Source of the DNA: Bacillota bacterium
GTDB taxonomy: Bacteria > Bacillota > DTU025
Assembly (NCBI GenBank): GCA_050951805.1
Contig: JBMNJT010000003.1
Location: forward strand, 64,001 to 128,000
Direction of reading: 5' to 3'
DNA length: 64,000 nt
Shown piece by piece: positions 48,041 to 59,063 of this stretch (within the stretch, counting starts at the first letter, position 1; each line of letters begins with the position of its first letter). The position numbers and the translations under genes are program-made. The notes beneath the pieces were generated by a model. That model was not told the origin of the DNA, ran no database searches, and worked only from the letters and a program-made list of their open reading frames with translations.

Positions 48041-50881
48041 CTATAGCGGGGTGCCTGACAGCTTCACGTAGATCGTGAAATCAGACTGTGGTTCGGGCGC
48101 CGTCCCGCGCCATACTATAGGTTTGGCCAGGCCTAAAGAGATAAGTCCCCTTCCACTGGTGTAGCCCGGAACTATGGAAGCTCCCACTTCCATGCCCACG
48201 CTGGCCACGAAGTTTTCCAATGTGAAACACGGACCGGCCGAACCTGCGTCGATGAAGACAGATGCCTGAAGATCATCGATGAAGATGCTGGTCGGCCCGA
48301 AGCTTGCCTCAACCGGCGCCAATGTGAATGCGTACTCAGCGCTGCCGAGCATGATGTGGGTTCCCGATGAGTAGGCGTGTTCGACTCCTCTGACGGGATA
48401 CTTCCCATCATGTCCTCCTATGCAAAGCATGTCTGCATAACTTTCAGAACCAGTCCATCCCGCCACGGCTTGGACTTCAAACCGGTTGTTCCTGGTCATC
48501 GGCAGCCTCACGGAGTCTGCCAGTGTCACCGATATCTCCGGTGTCCATGGCCCCGCAAATGTGCTAGAGGTCAGTGCGGCTTGTGCCTGCAGCGTGGCTG
48601 TGGACCGGAGGAGATCGCGTCCCACAATATGGGATAGGTCTCCATCGGCGGCGAGGAGATGATAATGGGTTCCTGTGAGGCCTGCATGGGCATATTCTAT
48701 GGTGAGCCCGCCTGACCAGGACGGATCGCCCCACATAGGAAAAGAGATAGCGACGCTCTGCGAGTTGCCTTTCGGGCCACCTGATATTGTCAAGCTCAGC
48801 GGGAAACGTGCATTCTGCTGGTCCATGTAGGCAAGTTGGCAGGTGGGACCGCCATTGGCCAGATCCAATCCCACGCCGGCAACGTACTGTCTGAGCCCCA
48901 CCGGTTCGACGCCGAGGACGAGCGCCTCCACACCCTCTGCAGTGACGTTTGGGACCCAAAAAGTAGGCGCCATGTGAGCCAACGGCATGTATGGCGTTAT
49001 CTCGTATTCCCATGCCTGGCGAGGCGGAAGGTCGGGGATGGGGTCATGTTTTCGGGGAGCGGGGCGAGCCGATGCGATGTCCAAGTCTGTGAGGAGGAGA
49101 TCGTAACCGTCCTTGCCGTACCCCACAAAAAGGAGGAGGCTGCCGTCAGGAGAGACTGATGGGAAGAACGCTCCTGAGAGCACGTTGGTGACCTTGCATA
49201 TTTCGCCGGTCTCGACATCAGCTGCGTATATGTTATAGACTCCATCAGGATCTGAGCTGAAGAGGACGTGGCGTCCATCGGGTGTCCATGTCGGGTCGCA
49301 ATCCTGCGCCAGATCTGACGTGACCTGCACGATATTGCTCCCCTCCTGCGACATCAGGTAGATGTCTTGGTATCCCCCTGGTCTCCATATTGACAAGGCT
49401 ATGCTCTGGCCGTCGGGGGATGGTTCGAATGAGTGTATTGCGCCCCGCCAATCTGCAAAAGAGCGGATGGCGCGGGTTGTTCCCGTGGCCATATCCACAG
49501 CGCACAGGGCTGAGCTGCCATCGTGGCCGTCTATTCTGGCGTAGTAGACTTGGTTGCCGTCGGGGCTGAACCGTGCGTAGTAGGCGCGCTCTCCCTTGGT
49601 GAGCCTCGTCTCCTTGCCTGATCTGAGGTTGCGGACGTACAGGTCGCGTTCGAGGTAGGGACCTGCATTGAACTGTGGTTTTGAATAGACTATCCATTCG
49701 CCATCTGCAGAGAGGCCGGGGAATGCGCCGTCATAGCCTATGCAGGCGAAAGCCTCCCGGTCTGCGCCGGTTGCGGGGTCGATCAACCTCACTCCGTTCC
49801 TGATTGAAGAGTAGTTTGCGTAGGCCGCAAGGCCTGTTCCTTTCGACCAGGAGGGTGATTCCACGACTCCGCCGAGGGACGTCAGTCGGATGGCGGGGGT
49901 GAGCCCTTCTGCGGCTATCGATTCTGCCTCGGCCAAAAACTCTCCACGGAGAGCCTCGATGAAACCGTCGTACAGCTCCGCTATGCTGACGCCCAGGGCT
50001 TTGCGGACGGATCGGTTGAAGCTGCCGCCCAATGGGAACCCTCTGGCGTATATGTCGGCGATGTCGGCCAGGGCGCGATCGCCATAGGCATCTTCGATGT
50101 ATTTCATGAAAAGTGCCCCGAAGTTGTACCCCAGGAGTTGTGACGGAGGCCATAGATCCCGCTTGTAGAAGTAGCTGATCTGTTCGAAGGTGGGAAAAGC
50201 GTCGTCGAGCGCCATTTGCCGCGCCATCATCCTCGTGCGGGAATCGGATACGCGGGACTCGCCAAGGGCCTTGTATTTTTCATAGACTGCGAGGCCTTCT
50301 ACGAACGGGATTGGCTTGACGGAGTTTGGCATGACTATTTTGCCAAAAAGCAGCCTGGCGAGGCGTGCGCCCCCTCGGACCTGATTGAGCTCTATTTCGT
50401 GGACAAGCTCGTGAAAGAGCAGGGCCTCGAGCCAGGAAGGGTTTTTTGTGTTTCCCACATCAGACCATCTCAGGTTCGCGGTGTATATGGTTATGCAATC
50501 GAACACGGGAAGGGTGAATCCATTCGTCGCATCTACCTGGTCGGTAATGACTAAATCAATGACGTTCTGGGCTTCCCCAAACTCCTGTTTCAAAATGGCG
50601 TATGCGTGCTCCGCCAGGAAGGCCGCTTCCTGAGCTACGTCTGCGAGTCCATCATGGAAATGGACGTTGAAATGCTCGGTCTTCAGCGTCCACCACCTGA
50701 TGTGTGCAGAGGATGCATCTTGTTTGGCGGTGGCCGCCAGGTATTGTTCTGCAGATGCGTGGACTGAAGGTGAGTGGGCAAGGGCTACTCCGGCGCAAAG
50801 AAGGAATGCGATCATGACGACGGGAAGCGCCGGATGCGGATTTTGGCGTGATCGCCTATGTGCTACGATAGATCTTCTCAA
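48041..50881 (-). CDS. Exported zinc-peptidase + TolB/PD40 propeller + Omp85-like barrel protein
   Basis: Signal peptide; HELVH...EGLA gluzincin motif; repeated (F/W)SPDG; C-terminal PVRG and FIDAG. TTG 50881 after GGAGG. Confidence 0.8.
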   Translation of the reverse strand: MRRSIVAHRRSRQNPHPALPVVMIAFLLCAGVALAHSPSVHASAEQYLAATAKQDASSAHIRWWTLKTEHFNVHFHDGLADVAQEAAFLAEHAYAILKQEFGEAQNVIDLVITDQVDATNGFTLPVFDCITIYTANLRWSDVGNTKNPSWLEALLFHELVHEIELNQVRGGARLARLLFGKIVMPNSVKPIPFVEGLAVYEKYKALGESRVSDSRTRMMARQMALDDAFPTFEQISYFYKRDLWPPSQLLGYNFGALFMKYIEDAYGDRALADIADIYARGFPLGGSFNRSVRKALGVSIAELYDGFIEALRGEFLAEAESIAAEGLTPAIRLTSLGGVVESPSWSKGTGLAAYANYSSIRNGVRLIDPATGADREAFACIGYDGAFPGLSADGEWIVYSKPQFNAGPYLERDLYVRNLRSGKETRLTKGERAYYARFSPDGNQVYYARIDGHDGSSALCAVDMATGTTRAIRSFADWRGAIHSFEPSPDGQSIALSIWRPGGYQDIYLMSQEGSNIVQVTSDLAQDCDPTWTPDGRHVLFSSDPDGVYNIYAADVETGEICKVTNVLSGAFFPSVSPDGSLLLFVGYGKDGYDLLLTDLDIASARPAPRKHDPIPDLPPRQAWEYEITPYMPLAHMAPTFWVPNVTAEGVEALVLGVEPVGLRQYVAGVGLDLANGGPTCQLAYMDQQNARFPLSLTISGGPKGNSQSVAISFPMWGDPSWSGGLTIEYAHAGLTGTHYHLLAADGDLSHIVGRDLLRSTATLQAQAALTSSTFAGPWTPEISVTLADSVRLPMTRNNRFEVQAVAGWTGSESYADMLCIGGHDGKYPVRGVEHAYSSGTHIMLGSAEYAFTLAPVEASFGPTSIFIDDLQASVFIDAGSAGPCFTLENFVASVGMEVGASIVPGYTSGRGLISLGLAKPIVWRGTAPEPQSDFTIYVKLSGTPL

Positions 50882-51154
50882 GGCAGAAACCTCCCCGGGG
50901 CATGGCGCGCCGGCTGAGCGCAACATTTCCCCAGCTTTCGTTATCTTCGGAAATATGGCCTAGTTATGATGATTACTCCCCTCGAAGTCATTATCCTTCC
51001 AGCTTCGGGCGAGTCAGTTGCCAGAGGGGAGGAGGTTGGCGCTTGCAGTGGGATCCGAAAGGCGAGCACAAAATGGTGTGCGGTTCTACCAGTTGGGGGC
51101 CGGCCGGGAGGGCCAGCCCCCAACGAAGAGTCTGCACAGTCAATAGTCTGAGTT

Positions 51155-51556
51155 CTACGATTCGGGCGACGATCGATCTATCTGAGGTTTGCGGTCGTCC
51201 AAGAGAGAGTCGACACACTTTGCGACATCCCATATGTCGAATGGCTTTGTAATGAGCGCTTGATAGTCGCAGGCGTTTGGGAAATCGTCGCTGTCGGGTG
51301 ATGCTCCTGTAATGAGGATTACAGGCAATCCGCTGGTGCGAGGCGCGGCTCCAATCCTGCCGAGCAGCTCTCTGCCATCCATCACGGGCATCATGACGTC
51401 GACAAGCAGGATGTCGGGGAGAGGATCACAAGACAGTAGGCCTATTGCCTCCAGCCCGTTGCATGCCGTTGCCACACAGTGACCGAGCAATTCGAGCGCT
51501 TCCTGGAATACTCCTCTGATATCTGGGTCATCGTCGACAATTAGGATGTTGGCCAA
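51155..51556 (-). CDS. Single-domain response regulator
   Basis: ILIVDDD, DVMMPVMDG and KPF; TTG after AGGAGG. Confidence 0.9.
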   Translation of the reverse strand: MANILIVDDDPDIRGVFQEALELLGHCVATACNGLEAIGLLSCDPLPDILLVDVMMPVMDGRELLGRIGAAPRTSGLPVILITGASPDSDDFPNACDYQALITKPFDIWDVAKCVDSLLDDRKPQIDRSSPES

Positions 51557-52133
51557 AGCAAATCCCTCCTCGTTGCAATCCTGATATGAAAGACTGGGCT
51601 CACAACACTGGATTCCTAGCGATTTGGTTTCCACTGGGTTGACATTGTCATGTTCTGTCTTGCGAGTTTATGGTGGCACACGCCAGACGGTTCCAGGCTC
51701 TGGAAGCACCAAAGGACTGTGTGAGCATCGCAACTTATGAAGATAATTCGGCGAAGCTTTCTTCGAACCTCTTACCTTTTGCCGCCATATATCGGCATCA
51801 TTCGAGGTAAATCGTGTTTTCTATGGAGACGTGCGTTAACACGTGCTGTTGCTCACTGCAGAAGGCATGGGGTCTTTGATGCCGGGTTTTTTCGTTGCAT
51901 GGTAGTTTGATACAGAAAGGGGTGGTCGATCGTGGAGCGTAGATAGTTCGGACGATCCGGGTCGAGGTTTCAACTCTGGTTTTTGGCTGTGTGCGGTTGA
52001 CGACGCGAAACAACGAACCCAGTGCCATACTGGAGGATGAAGCTATTGAGAGGACTTGCTGTGGCGGCTATGGGTTAGGGCGAATGCGCCCACATAATGC
52101 TGGGCAACCTCTAGTAGGTAGGGGGTATGCGAC

Positions 52134-53144
52134 ATGCGTGGCTATATCGGCGTCGACGTTGGATCGGTCAGTACGAACCTAGTCCTCATCGGAGATGATG
52201 ACGTCTTCATAGATTCGATCTATTTGAGAACCCGCGGAAACCCGATTGAGGCGGTGAAGGACGGTCTCCGGATGTTGAGGACGAAGCATTCCGAGTTCGA
52301 AGTGCTTGGGGCCGGCGCTACTGGAAGCGGTAGAAAACTTGCCGGTGTGATAGTCGGCGCCGACATTGTGAAGAACGAGATAACTGCTCATGCTGTGGCG
52401 GCCATGTCTGCCGTGCCTGGCGTGCAGAGCGTAATCGAGATCGGAGGGCAGGATTCGAAGATCATTCTCTTGCGTTCGGGAGTAGTCGTTGATTTTGGGA
52501 TGAACACCGTATGTGCTGCAGGAACTGGTTCGTTCCTCGAACACCAAGCGCAACGTCTTGGTGTGGCCATAGAGCAATTTGGCGACCTTGCGTGTGCCTC
52601 TCAGTCTCCGGTTCGAATTGCCGGAAGGTGCGCGGTCTTTGCCGAATCGGACATGATCCACAAGCAACAGGTCGGTCATTCGCTGCCGGACATTGTGAGT
52701 GGCCTCTGCGAGGCGCTGGTCCGCAACTACTTAAACAATGTGGCGAAGGGAAAGCAGATTCTGGCGCCCGCCGTTTTCCAGGGCGGAGTTGCCGCAAATA
52801 TCGGGATGAGGAGGGCTTTCGAGCGGGCGTTGGGGTACGAGGTGGTGGTGCCCGAGCATTTCGATGTGATGGGGGCGATAGGCGCGGCGATGTTGGCCCG
52901 GCGCCATATCGAATCGTCCAAAAGAAGCACGCTCTTTGCGGGATGGGAGGTTCCGGAGCAAACTTATACAACATCCTCCCGGGAATGCTCAGGGTGTCCA
53001 AATATGTGCGAGATCGTGGAGGTTGCACGTAACTCCGCCGTTGTTGCAAGGTGGGGCGGAAGGTGCGGAAAATGGGAGGATATGAGGAGGGCGGATCATG
53101 AGAATTGCGATCGTGACAGACAGCATAGCGGATCTCCCTGCTGA
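52134..53144 (+). CDS. 2-hydroxyacyl-CoA dehydratase activator (HgdC/YjiL-like Fe-S ATPase)
   Basis: GVDVGS, TGSGR, EIGGQDSK, CAAGTGSF and RCAVFAESD; C-terminal CxxCxNxC. Confidence 0.9.
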   Translation: MRGYIGVDVGSVSTNLVLIGDDDVFIDSIYLRTRGNPIEAVKDGLRMLRTKHSEFEVLGAGATGSGRKLAGVIVGADIVKNEITAHAVAAMSAVPGVQSVIEIGGQDSKIILLRSGVVVDFGMNTVCAAGTGSFLEHQAQRLGVAIEQFGDLACASQSPVRIAGRCAVFAESDMIHKQQVGHSLPDIVSGLCEALVRNYLNNVAKGKQILAPAVFQGGVAANIGMRRAFERALGYEVVVPEHFDVMGAIGAAMLARRHIESSKRSTLFAGWEVPEQTYTTSSRECSGCPNMCEIVEVARNSAVVARWGGRCGKWEDMRRADHENCDRDRQHSGSPC

Positions 53145-53947
53145 TGTGGCCAGTGAAACGGGATTTTCGTGGTTCCCCTCCATGTGATCTTCGGGGAGAA
53201 ATCTTTCCTCGATGGCGTAGACCTTTCATCTCGGGAGTTCCTTCGCGAGACTTAAAGTTTCGGATGCGGCACCTTCTACGTCGCAACCTTCACCAGCCAG
53301 CTTCATCTCGCTCTATGATCGGCTGCTGAGGGAGTACGATTAAATTTTCTCCTTCCAAGCTGAGCGGGACCTTCCAATCTGCCTGCATAGCCAAGGACAC
53401 GTTGGAGAGGGGATCGACAGAGGTGATCGACACCCACCAGGCAACCATGTGCCAGGGGTTTGTAGCCCTTGCCGCGGCTAGGGCTGTGACGGCAGGGGCA
53501 GGACCGGATGGCCCAAGAGACGCAATATACCGGGGGATTAGCTCTGCAAGGCTCTTTTTCACCGTTGATACGCTGGAACACCTTGCGCGGCACGGACACA
53601 TAGGGAAGGCAGCGTCCATGCTAGGAACCATGATGTCTGTAAAGCCGATTGTCAGCATCATAGACGGTGAGGTGACGCCCGTGGCCAAGGCATACGGACG
53701 GGGGTCCATCTTGCCACGTGTTATCGAGCTCATGGGAGAGAAGATTGGACCAGCGCAGCCTATACATGCAGCCATAATCGATGCAGACTCCGCTGATAGG
53801 GCAGACGAATGGCGCGTGAAGATAGAGTCCCTCTTCAGTTGTCGTGAGATCATTATGACGGAGTGTGGTCCGGTGGTTGGGACACATGCTGGCCCCGGGG
53901 CCATCGGGGTGGCATGGGTTCCCTGCGGCGGAGCAGACTTGGAATAG
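53098..53947 (+). pseudogene. DegV (FakB-like) fatty-acid-binding protein, disrupted
   Basis: MRIAIVTDS / VVPLHV...DGVD / TSQPS...* / SKLSGT...VGTHAGPG lie in shifting frames: three frameshifts (about 53160, 53241, 53345) and TAA at 53341. Confidence 0.88.
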
Positions 53948-54167
53948 GCTTAAGCGTTTTTAGGACAGCCAGGTTTTAAACTCCAGACAAGGCGATCACG
54001 CAGATGGAATCCCTCAGCGCCGATGATTTGGGGGATAGATCAATTCTCATTTAAGGGATGAGGATCGCACGTTGCACCGCCGGGTCTTCTGTATTGGGCG
54101 GAGGGTGATGAAACGGGTCAGAACTTTCGGTGTATCGCTGCGGATAACGGCCCGTGTGCACTGCGGG

Positions 54168-54194
54168 TAAAAGTTTGCTTTGGCATGCCGATAA
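54168..54194 (+). promoter_or_regulatory. Sigma-28 (FliA/SigD) promoter
   Basis: Perfect TAAA-15 bp-GCCGATAA upstream of the MCP genes. Confidence 0.85.
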
Positions 54195-54257
54195 TACTAA
54201 AGATCGATAAGTCTTAATGTTTGACATTGTGCTTTTGCATAGGGAGGCATAGAACAC

Positions 54258-56117
54258 ATGTTCAGCAAGATTCGGGGGAAGCTTCTGGCAAGCTTCCTTG
54301 CGGTTGCAGTGGTGATGGGAATCGCCACGGGGTTGCTCTACTTCGGGCTGGAGAGGTACGAAGTGGAGGTGCGCCGCCTTGCAACTGAGGAAATAATGGG
54401 TTTGAAAACTGCAGAATCGCTCAGAACTGCAGACCTGATGCTATCGAACGCGGTTTGCGGCATAATCTCTGATCCATATGAACCGATTTTTGCCGCTGCC
54501 TATGAAGATGCGTTGACGAAGATGGAGACCGCGACGCGGGAGGCTACAAGCCGATTCAAGTCGGGAAGGGAGAAGGAGATTGCAGCGGAGATTGCCGCAG
54601 GAAACGAGGAGCGTGAACGAGTTGAGCGGAAGATCATCGATTGCGCTTCCTTTGATCGGATTCAAGCTGCAGCGATATTTACTGAAGAATACAACCCTGT
54701 GAGGGTAAGGCGGGAACAGGTCCTGGATGAATTCGTCTCTTTGCAGGAAAGAAAGATAGAAGAAGCAGTGGAAAAGGCTGAGGCCGCAAGCGATGCCCTG
54801 CAGATGGCGGCGACTGTGTTGACAGGAGCAAGCGCGGCCTTGGCGGTCATCTTGGCGATGGCGGCATCGAGGAAGATCGCAGTTCCCGTAGTCCAGCTCA
54901 CAGCGGATGTGAAGCGTGTAGCTGAAGGGGATCTGACTGTTGAAACCCGTGTGAAGTCGAGGGATGAAATCGGAGACCTTGCGGACGCGTTCAACAGGAC
55001 GGTGGGTTCGTTGAGCGTTCTGGTGAGCGATGCCGTCAGTTCATCGGAGATTGTGGCAAGTGCGAGTCTGCAATTGTCATCGTCGATGCAGGAGTCTGCG
55101 GAGGCCATGCAACAGATATCCGACACGGTCCAGCAGATGGCCACCGCAGCTTTGCAGGGGAGTGATAGCGCAGAGCAGTCCGCGGCGGCTGCAGAGCAGC
55201 TGAGCATGGCTATCGGACAGGTTGCGGCGGGCGCTGAGTCGCAGACCACAAGTGTGCACGAGGCATCTGTGATGTTGGGAGACATGGGGACGGCGCTGGC
55301 CAAGTCCGCAAATGGCCTTGAGAATGTGAGTTCTGCCACAGAGAGCACCAAGGAGGCTGCGGCTGAAGGAAGTGCTGCCGTGAATTCCATGGTGACTAGT
55401 GTGGAAAGCGCGCGCGTTGAGGCGGCTCGGGTCAGTGATGCCGCGCGCGAACTGGATGAGAGCTCCCGGGAGATAGGAAGGATAGTCGAGGTAATCAGCG
55501 ATATTGCGGACCAAACCAACCTCCTCGCGCTCAATGCCGCCATCGAGGCTGCTAGAGCAGGGGAGCACGGACGTGGATTTGCTGTGGTGGCCGACGAAGT
55601 CAGAAAACTGGCAGAAAGGTCGCTTGCTGAGACTAAGGCCATTGCAGGCCTTGTGGAGGGGCTCAGGGATTCCACGGGCAGGGTCGTTACGGCGATAGAA
55701 GTCTCCAACGCTGCTACGGCGGAGGCTGCGGAGAATGCATCGGGGGCTACGGGCCTTCTCGAAAAAATCTTGGCAAATGCCAACGAGACCGCTACATACG
55801 TTCAGGAATTGGCTGCGTACGGGAATGATTTGATTACTGCTAGCGCTCGTCTTCAGAAAGCTGTCGAAGAGATCGTAATGGTAGCAGACGGCAATGCGGC
55901 AGCTGCCGAGGAAATGGAGGCGGGGGTCGGCGAGGTGAAGGCATCGATCGATTCGGTGGCTGCCGTATCCCAGGAGAATGCAGCGGCTGTAGAGGAAGTG
56001 TCGGCCGCTGCTTCAGAGGTGAGAGCATCGATCGAAAGCGTGGCAGAGTCGGCGGACGCTCTTGCGAAGATGGCTCGCAATCTGCGCGAAGCCGTATCTA
56101 AGTTCAAGGTGGGGTGA
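54258..56117 (+). CDS. Methyl-accepting chemotaxis protein
   Basis: 2 TM, helical sensor, HAMP (DEIG.LA.AFN) and [38 protein letters not shown]. Confidence 0.96.
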   Translation: MFSKIRGKLLASFLAVAVVMGIATGLLYFGLERYEVEVRRLATEEIMGLKTAESLRTADLMLSNAVCGIISDPYEPIFAAAYEDALTKMETATREATSRFKSGREKEIAAEIAAGNEERERVERKIIDCASFDRIQAAAIFTEEYNPVRVRREQVLDEFVSLQERKIEEAVEKAEAASDALQMAATVLTGASAALAVILAMAASRKIAVPVVQLTADVKRVAEGDLTVETRVKSRDEIGDLADAFNRTVGSLSVLVSDAVSSSEIVASASLQLSSSMQESAEAMQQISDTVQQMATAALQGSDSAEQSAAAAEQLSMAIGQVAAGAESQTTSVHEASVMLGDMGTALAKSANGLENVSSATESTKEAAAEGSAAVNSMVTSVESARVEAARVSDAARELDESSREIGRIVEVISDIADQTNLLALNAAIEAARAGEHGRGFAVVADEVRKLAERSLAETKAIAGLVEGLRDSTGRVVTAIEVSNAATAEAAENASGATGLLEKILANANETATYVQELAAYGNDLITASARLQKAVEEIVMVADGNAAAAEEMEAGVGEVKASIDSVAAVSQENAAAVEEVSAAASEVRASIESVAESADALAKMARNLREAVSKFKVG

Positions 56118-56211
56118 TAGGTTCTTCTTTCATTTAGCATGAGTCTATATCTTCGGTCATGTCCATGTTCGGCAAGGGGATGAACATGGCGCCAACTGAG
56201 GAGGGTCGCGC

Positions 56212-58071
56212 TTGTTCAAGCATACCAAGGCTAAGCTTTTGGTGACGTTTTTGCTTGTGGTTGTCTTTGTCCTCATTGGGAATGTCATGATGTATCTGCA
56301 GCTTGCGAATTACGACAGGAACATGACACAAGTCGTAGACGAGGAGTTATTATCGCTTCAGCTAGTCGAATCGCTCAGGGCGTATGATCTTGAGGCGGCG
56401 AATGCCATAAGCGGATTGATAATCGATCCTGGCAATGCCGGATTCCAGCGGGATTATGATGTGGCGTGGGAGAAGACGGAGAATGCTATGCGCGCTGCCG
56501 CCAGGCGTCTTACAAGGCCGGAGCTGGTCGAGGCGTTGTCGGAAGTGGACGAGCTTGGCAAGTCCATGTCGACGGTGGCAGTATCCGTAACGGGCATGGC
56601 GGGGCTCAGCCCCGAGATGGCACTGTCGATATTTTCAGACACGTACGAGCCGGTAAGGCGGCAAAGGGCTGAGATCCTTGATGGATTGGTGCGCGCGGAA
56701 CGGGACCACATAGGGCGACAGATAGCTAGTTCCAAGGCCAGCGTGAAGCGAGGGACACTTGTTGCGAGTCTCGTTTCGGCGATAGGGATCGCTGCCGCGG
56801 TTGCCATGGCGCTCAGGGTGTCGAGGGCTGTGTCGGAACCTGTGGAGCGCCTTACGAATGCTGTCAACAAGGTGGCGGAGGGAGACCTGACGGTTCAGTC
56901 CGATGTTGATTCCCGGGATGAACTGGGCCATTTGGCGCAGGCTTTCAACAAGACGGTGGAAAGTTTACGGGAGATTGTAGGCAAGGCGCTGGACGTTTCG
57001 CAGCAGGTGGCTGCGGCAAGCGTCCAGCTGTCTGCATCAGTGGAACAGTCTGCGGATTCGGTGCGGCAGATTGCCGACACGGCCCAGCAGATATCGGCAG
57101 GCGCAAAACAGCAGAGCAGGAGCGCTGGGGAGACTGCAAATGCGGCTGAGGCTCTCATGCCCACTGTGGAGCGGGTTGCGGTGTGTGCTCGCGGGCAGAC
57201 GAATAGTGTGGGCCGGGGCTCTGCTGCGGTCGATGAGATGCGTTCATCGATCGCACAATCTTTGGAGGGCCTAAAACGGGTGAGCTCCGCTGCGCAAGGT
57301 GTGGGCGAGGCAGCCAGGGAAGGCAGCACTGCCACGCGGGACATGGCGACTAGTGTAAACCTCGCCCGTCGTGAATCTGCAAGGGTGTCGGAGGCGGCAC
57401 GGGATCTCGATTCGAGTTCCAAGGAGATTAGAAGGATTGTGGAGGTGATAAATGATATTGCGGACCAGACTAATCTCCTGGCGCTGAATGCCGCCATAGA
57501 GGCCGCAAGGGCAGGAGAGCATGGACGCGGGTTTGCTGTGGTTGCGGACGAGATTCGGAAACTGGCGGAGAGATCTTTGGCTGAAACCAAAGCCATTGCC
57601 AAGCTCGTGGAGGATCTGGGAAGATCCACAGAAAAGGTGGCCGAGGCGATCGGCGGGTCCGATTCAGCCACTGCGGAGGTGTCCGAGAGCGTAGATCGGA
57701 CCATGGAGGTTCTCAATCGGATTATCTTAGGCGTACAGGAGAGTGTAGAGCTCATCGAGGCGTTATCGGAGACTGCGGGCTCTCTCGAAGGTTCGAGTGA
57801 CCGGGTGCGGAGGGCCATGGCGGAGATCGTGGCAGCATCGGACAGTAGTCTGAAGGCTGCGGAGGATATGAATGTCGGCATAGGACAGGTGAAGGAATCT
57901 ATTGATGCTGTTGCCGCGGTATCCTTTGAAAACGTGGCGGCGGTGCAGGAGGTCACGGCGTCGACTGAGGAGGTCGATGCGGCAATCAGGGAGATGCAGG
58001 CGTCTTCCCAGGCGCTAGCGGACATTGCGGCGGGGTTGGAGGAGCTGATCTCCGGGTTCAAGCTAACATAG
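56212..58071 (+). CDS. Methyl-accepting chemotaxis protein (tandem paralog)
   Basis: Same architecture and length (619 aa) as the upstream MCP; TTG after GAGGAGG. Confidence 0.96.
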   Translation: MFKHTKAKLLVTFLLVVVFVLIGNVMMYLQLANYDRNMTQVVDEELLSLQLVESLRAYDLEAANAISGLIIDPGNAGFQRDYDVAWEKTENAMRAAARRLTRPELVEALSEVDELGKSMSTVAVSVTGMAGLSPEMALSIFSDTYEPVRRQRAEILDGLVRAERDHIGRQIASSKASVKRGTLVASLVSAIGIAAAVAMALRVSRAVSEPVERLTNAVNKVAEGDLTVQSDVDSRDELGHLAQAFNKTVESLREIVGKALDVSQQVAAASVQLSASVEQSADSVRQIADTAQQISAGAKQQSRSAGETANAAEALMPTVERVAVCARGQTNSVGRGSAAVDEMRSSIAQSLEGLKRVSSAAQGVGEAAREGSTATRDMATSVNLARRESARVSEAARDLDSSSKEIRRIVEVINDIADQTNLLALNAAIEAARAGEHGRGFAVVADEIRKLAERSLAETKAIAKLVEDLGRSTEKVAEAIGGSDSATAEVSESVDRTMEVLNRIILGVQESVELIEALSETAGSLEGSSDRVRRAMAEIVAASDSSLKAAEDMNVGIGQVKESIDAVAAVSFENVAAVQEVTASTEEVDAAIREMQASSQALADIAAGLEELISGFKLT

Positions 58072-58379
58072 CGATGTCTCCTCCCCGCCCACATGGCATG
58101 TAGTCTGATGGCCAAAAGCCTGCCGCTACCGTGCATCGCCCGTGATGCGTGTTGCGGTGGGCTTTCTGTTGATGCGGGCATGTACGGGTGGGGCGGCAGT
58201 TGCGGGTGCCGGTTGTAGAACTTGTGGAAAGGACGCAAAGACTCTGGCCAGGTTTGACAACCGCAAACCCTGGGATGTGCATGGCCTGTAGGGAAAGCGT
58301 GGGTGGCTATAGAATACATATCCATGCGGAATGCGATGGGCCGGCAACGCTCATCAGGGTGGCATATGGGGGTCATTCT

Positions 58380-59060
58380 ATGCGGGTTATTGCCGTCTCA
58401 GGGCTTCATCGGACGGGAAAAACTACGACTGTGGAGCATATTGTGGGCGAGCTTGTCAGGCGGGGCTATGCGGTGGGCACCATCAAGACCATCCACCGGG
58501 AGGGGTTTTCCGTCGACACTCCGGGCAAGAACACACACAGGCACAGACGGGCGGGTGCGAAAATTGCGGCGGCGCTAAGTCCGGGGGAGACTGCCGTCAT
58601 CATCGACGGCAAGCTCAGTTTCGAGGATCTTTTCAGATACTACGACACGGACTGGATCATTATCGAAGGGGCGCATGAGGCGCCATTTCCGAAGATAGTG
58701 TGCGCCCGCACTGAGCACGACATAGAAGAACGTGTCGATGAACATACTTTCCTCATATGCGGCGAGGTTGCCTCCGCGATTTCGAGCTGGCGGGGGATTC
58801 CCGTGCTCGACGCGACTTCCAGGATCGGGGAGGTTGTTGACATGGTCGAATCTCGGGTGCCGGAAGGTGCAGACAGGAAGATGATTGATCCTGCGGCGTA
58901 CCATGGTTTCAAGACTGCGGTCTACGTTGACGGAAAAGAGATTCCCATGGTCCCGTTTGTTCAGGATTTCGTCGCCCGGACTATCCTCGGCATGCTCTCA
59001 TCGCTCAGGGGTTATGAGACCGGGAGTGAAGTGAGGGTGGAGATAAGGCGGGGCGAGTAG
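58380..59060 (+). CDS. mobB: Molybdopterin-guanine dinucleotide biosynthesis protein B
   Basis: GLHRTGKTT P-loop, IK.IH, DTPGKNT.RH..AGA, IIEG and C-terminal PFVQ domain. Confidence 0.88.
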   Translation: MRVIAVSGLHRTGKTTTVEHIVGELVRRGYAVGTIKTIHREGFSVDTPGKNTHRHRRAGAKIAAALSPGETAVIIDGKLSFEDLFRYYDTDWIIIEGAHEAPFPKIVCARTEHDIEERVDEHTFLICGEVASAISSWRGIPVLDATSRIGEVVDMVESRVPEGADRKMIDPAAYHGFKTAVYVDGKEIPMVPFVQDFVARTILGMLSSLRGYETGSEVRVEIRRGE

Positions 59061-59063
59061 ACT

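Noticed and set aside
52462-53329. 274-aa minus ORF and 61-aa plus ORF over the activator/DegV region
   Set aside because: Low-complexity shadows; the region is explained by the activator and DegV fragments.
58070-58375. Possible Moco/Wco or c-di-GMP riboswitch upstream of mobB (GGAAAGGACGCAAAG)
   Set aside because: Only a fragmentary match; the required stems were not found.
54662-58376. 373-aa and 493-aa antisense ORFs over the MCP genes
   Set aside because: Ser/Ala-rich mirror translations of the MCP heptad codons.
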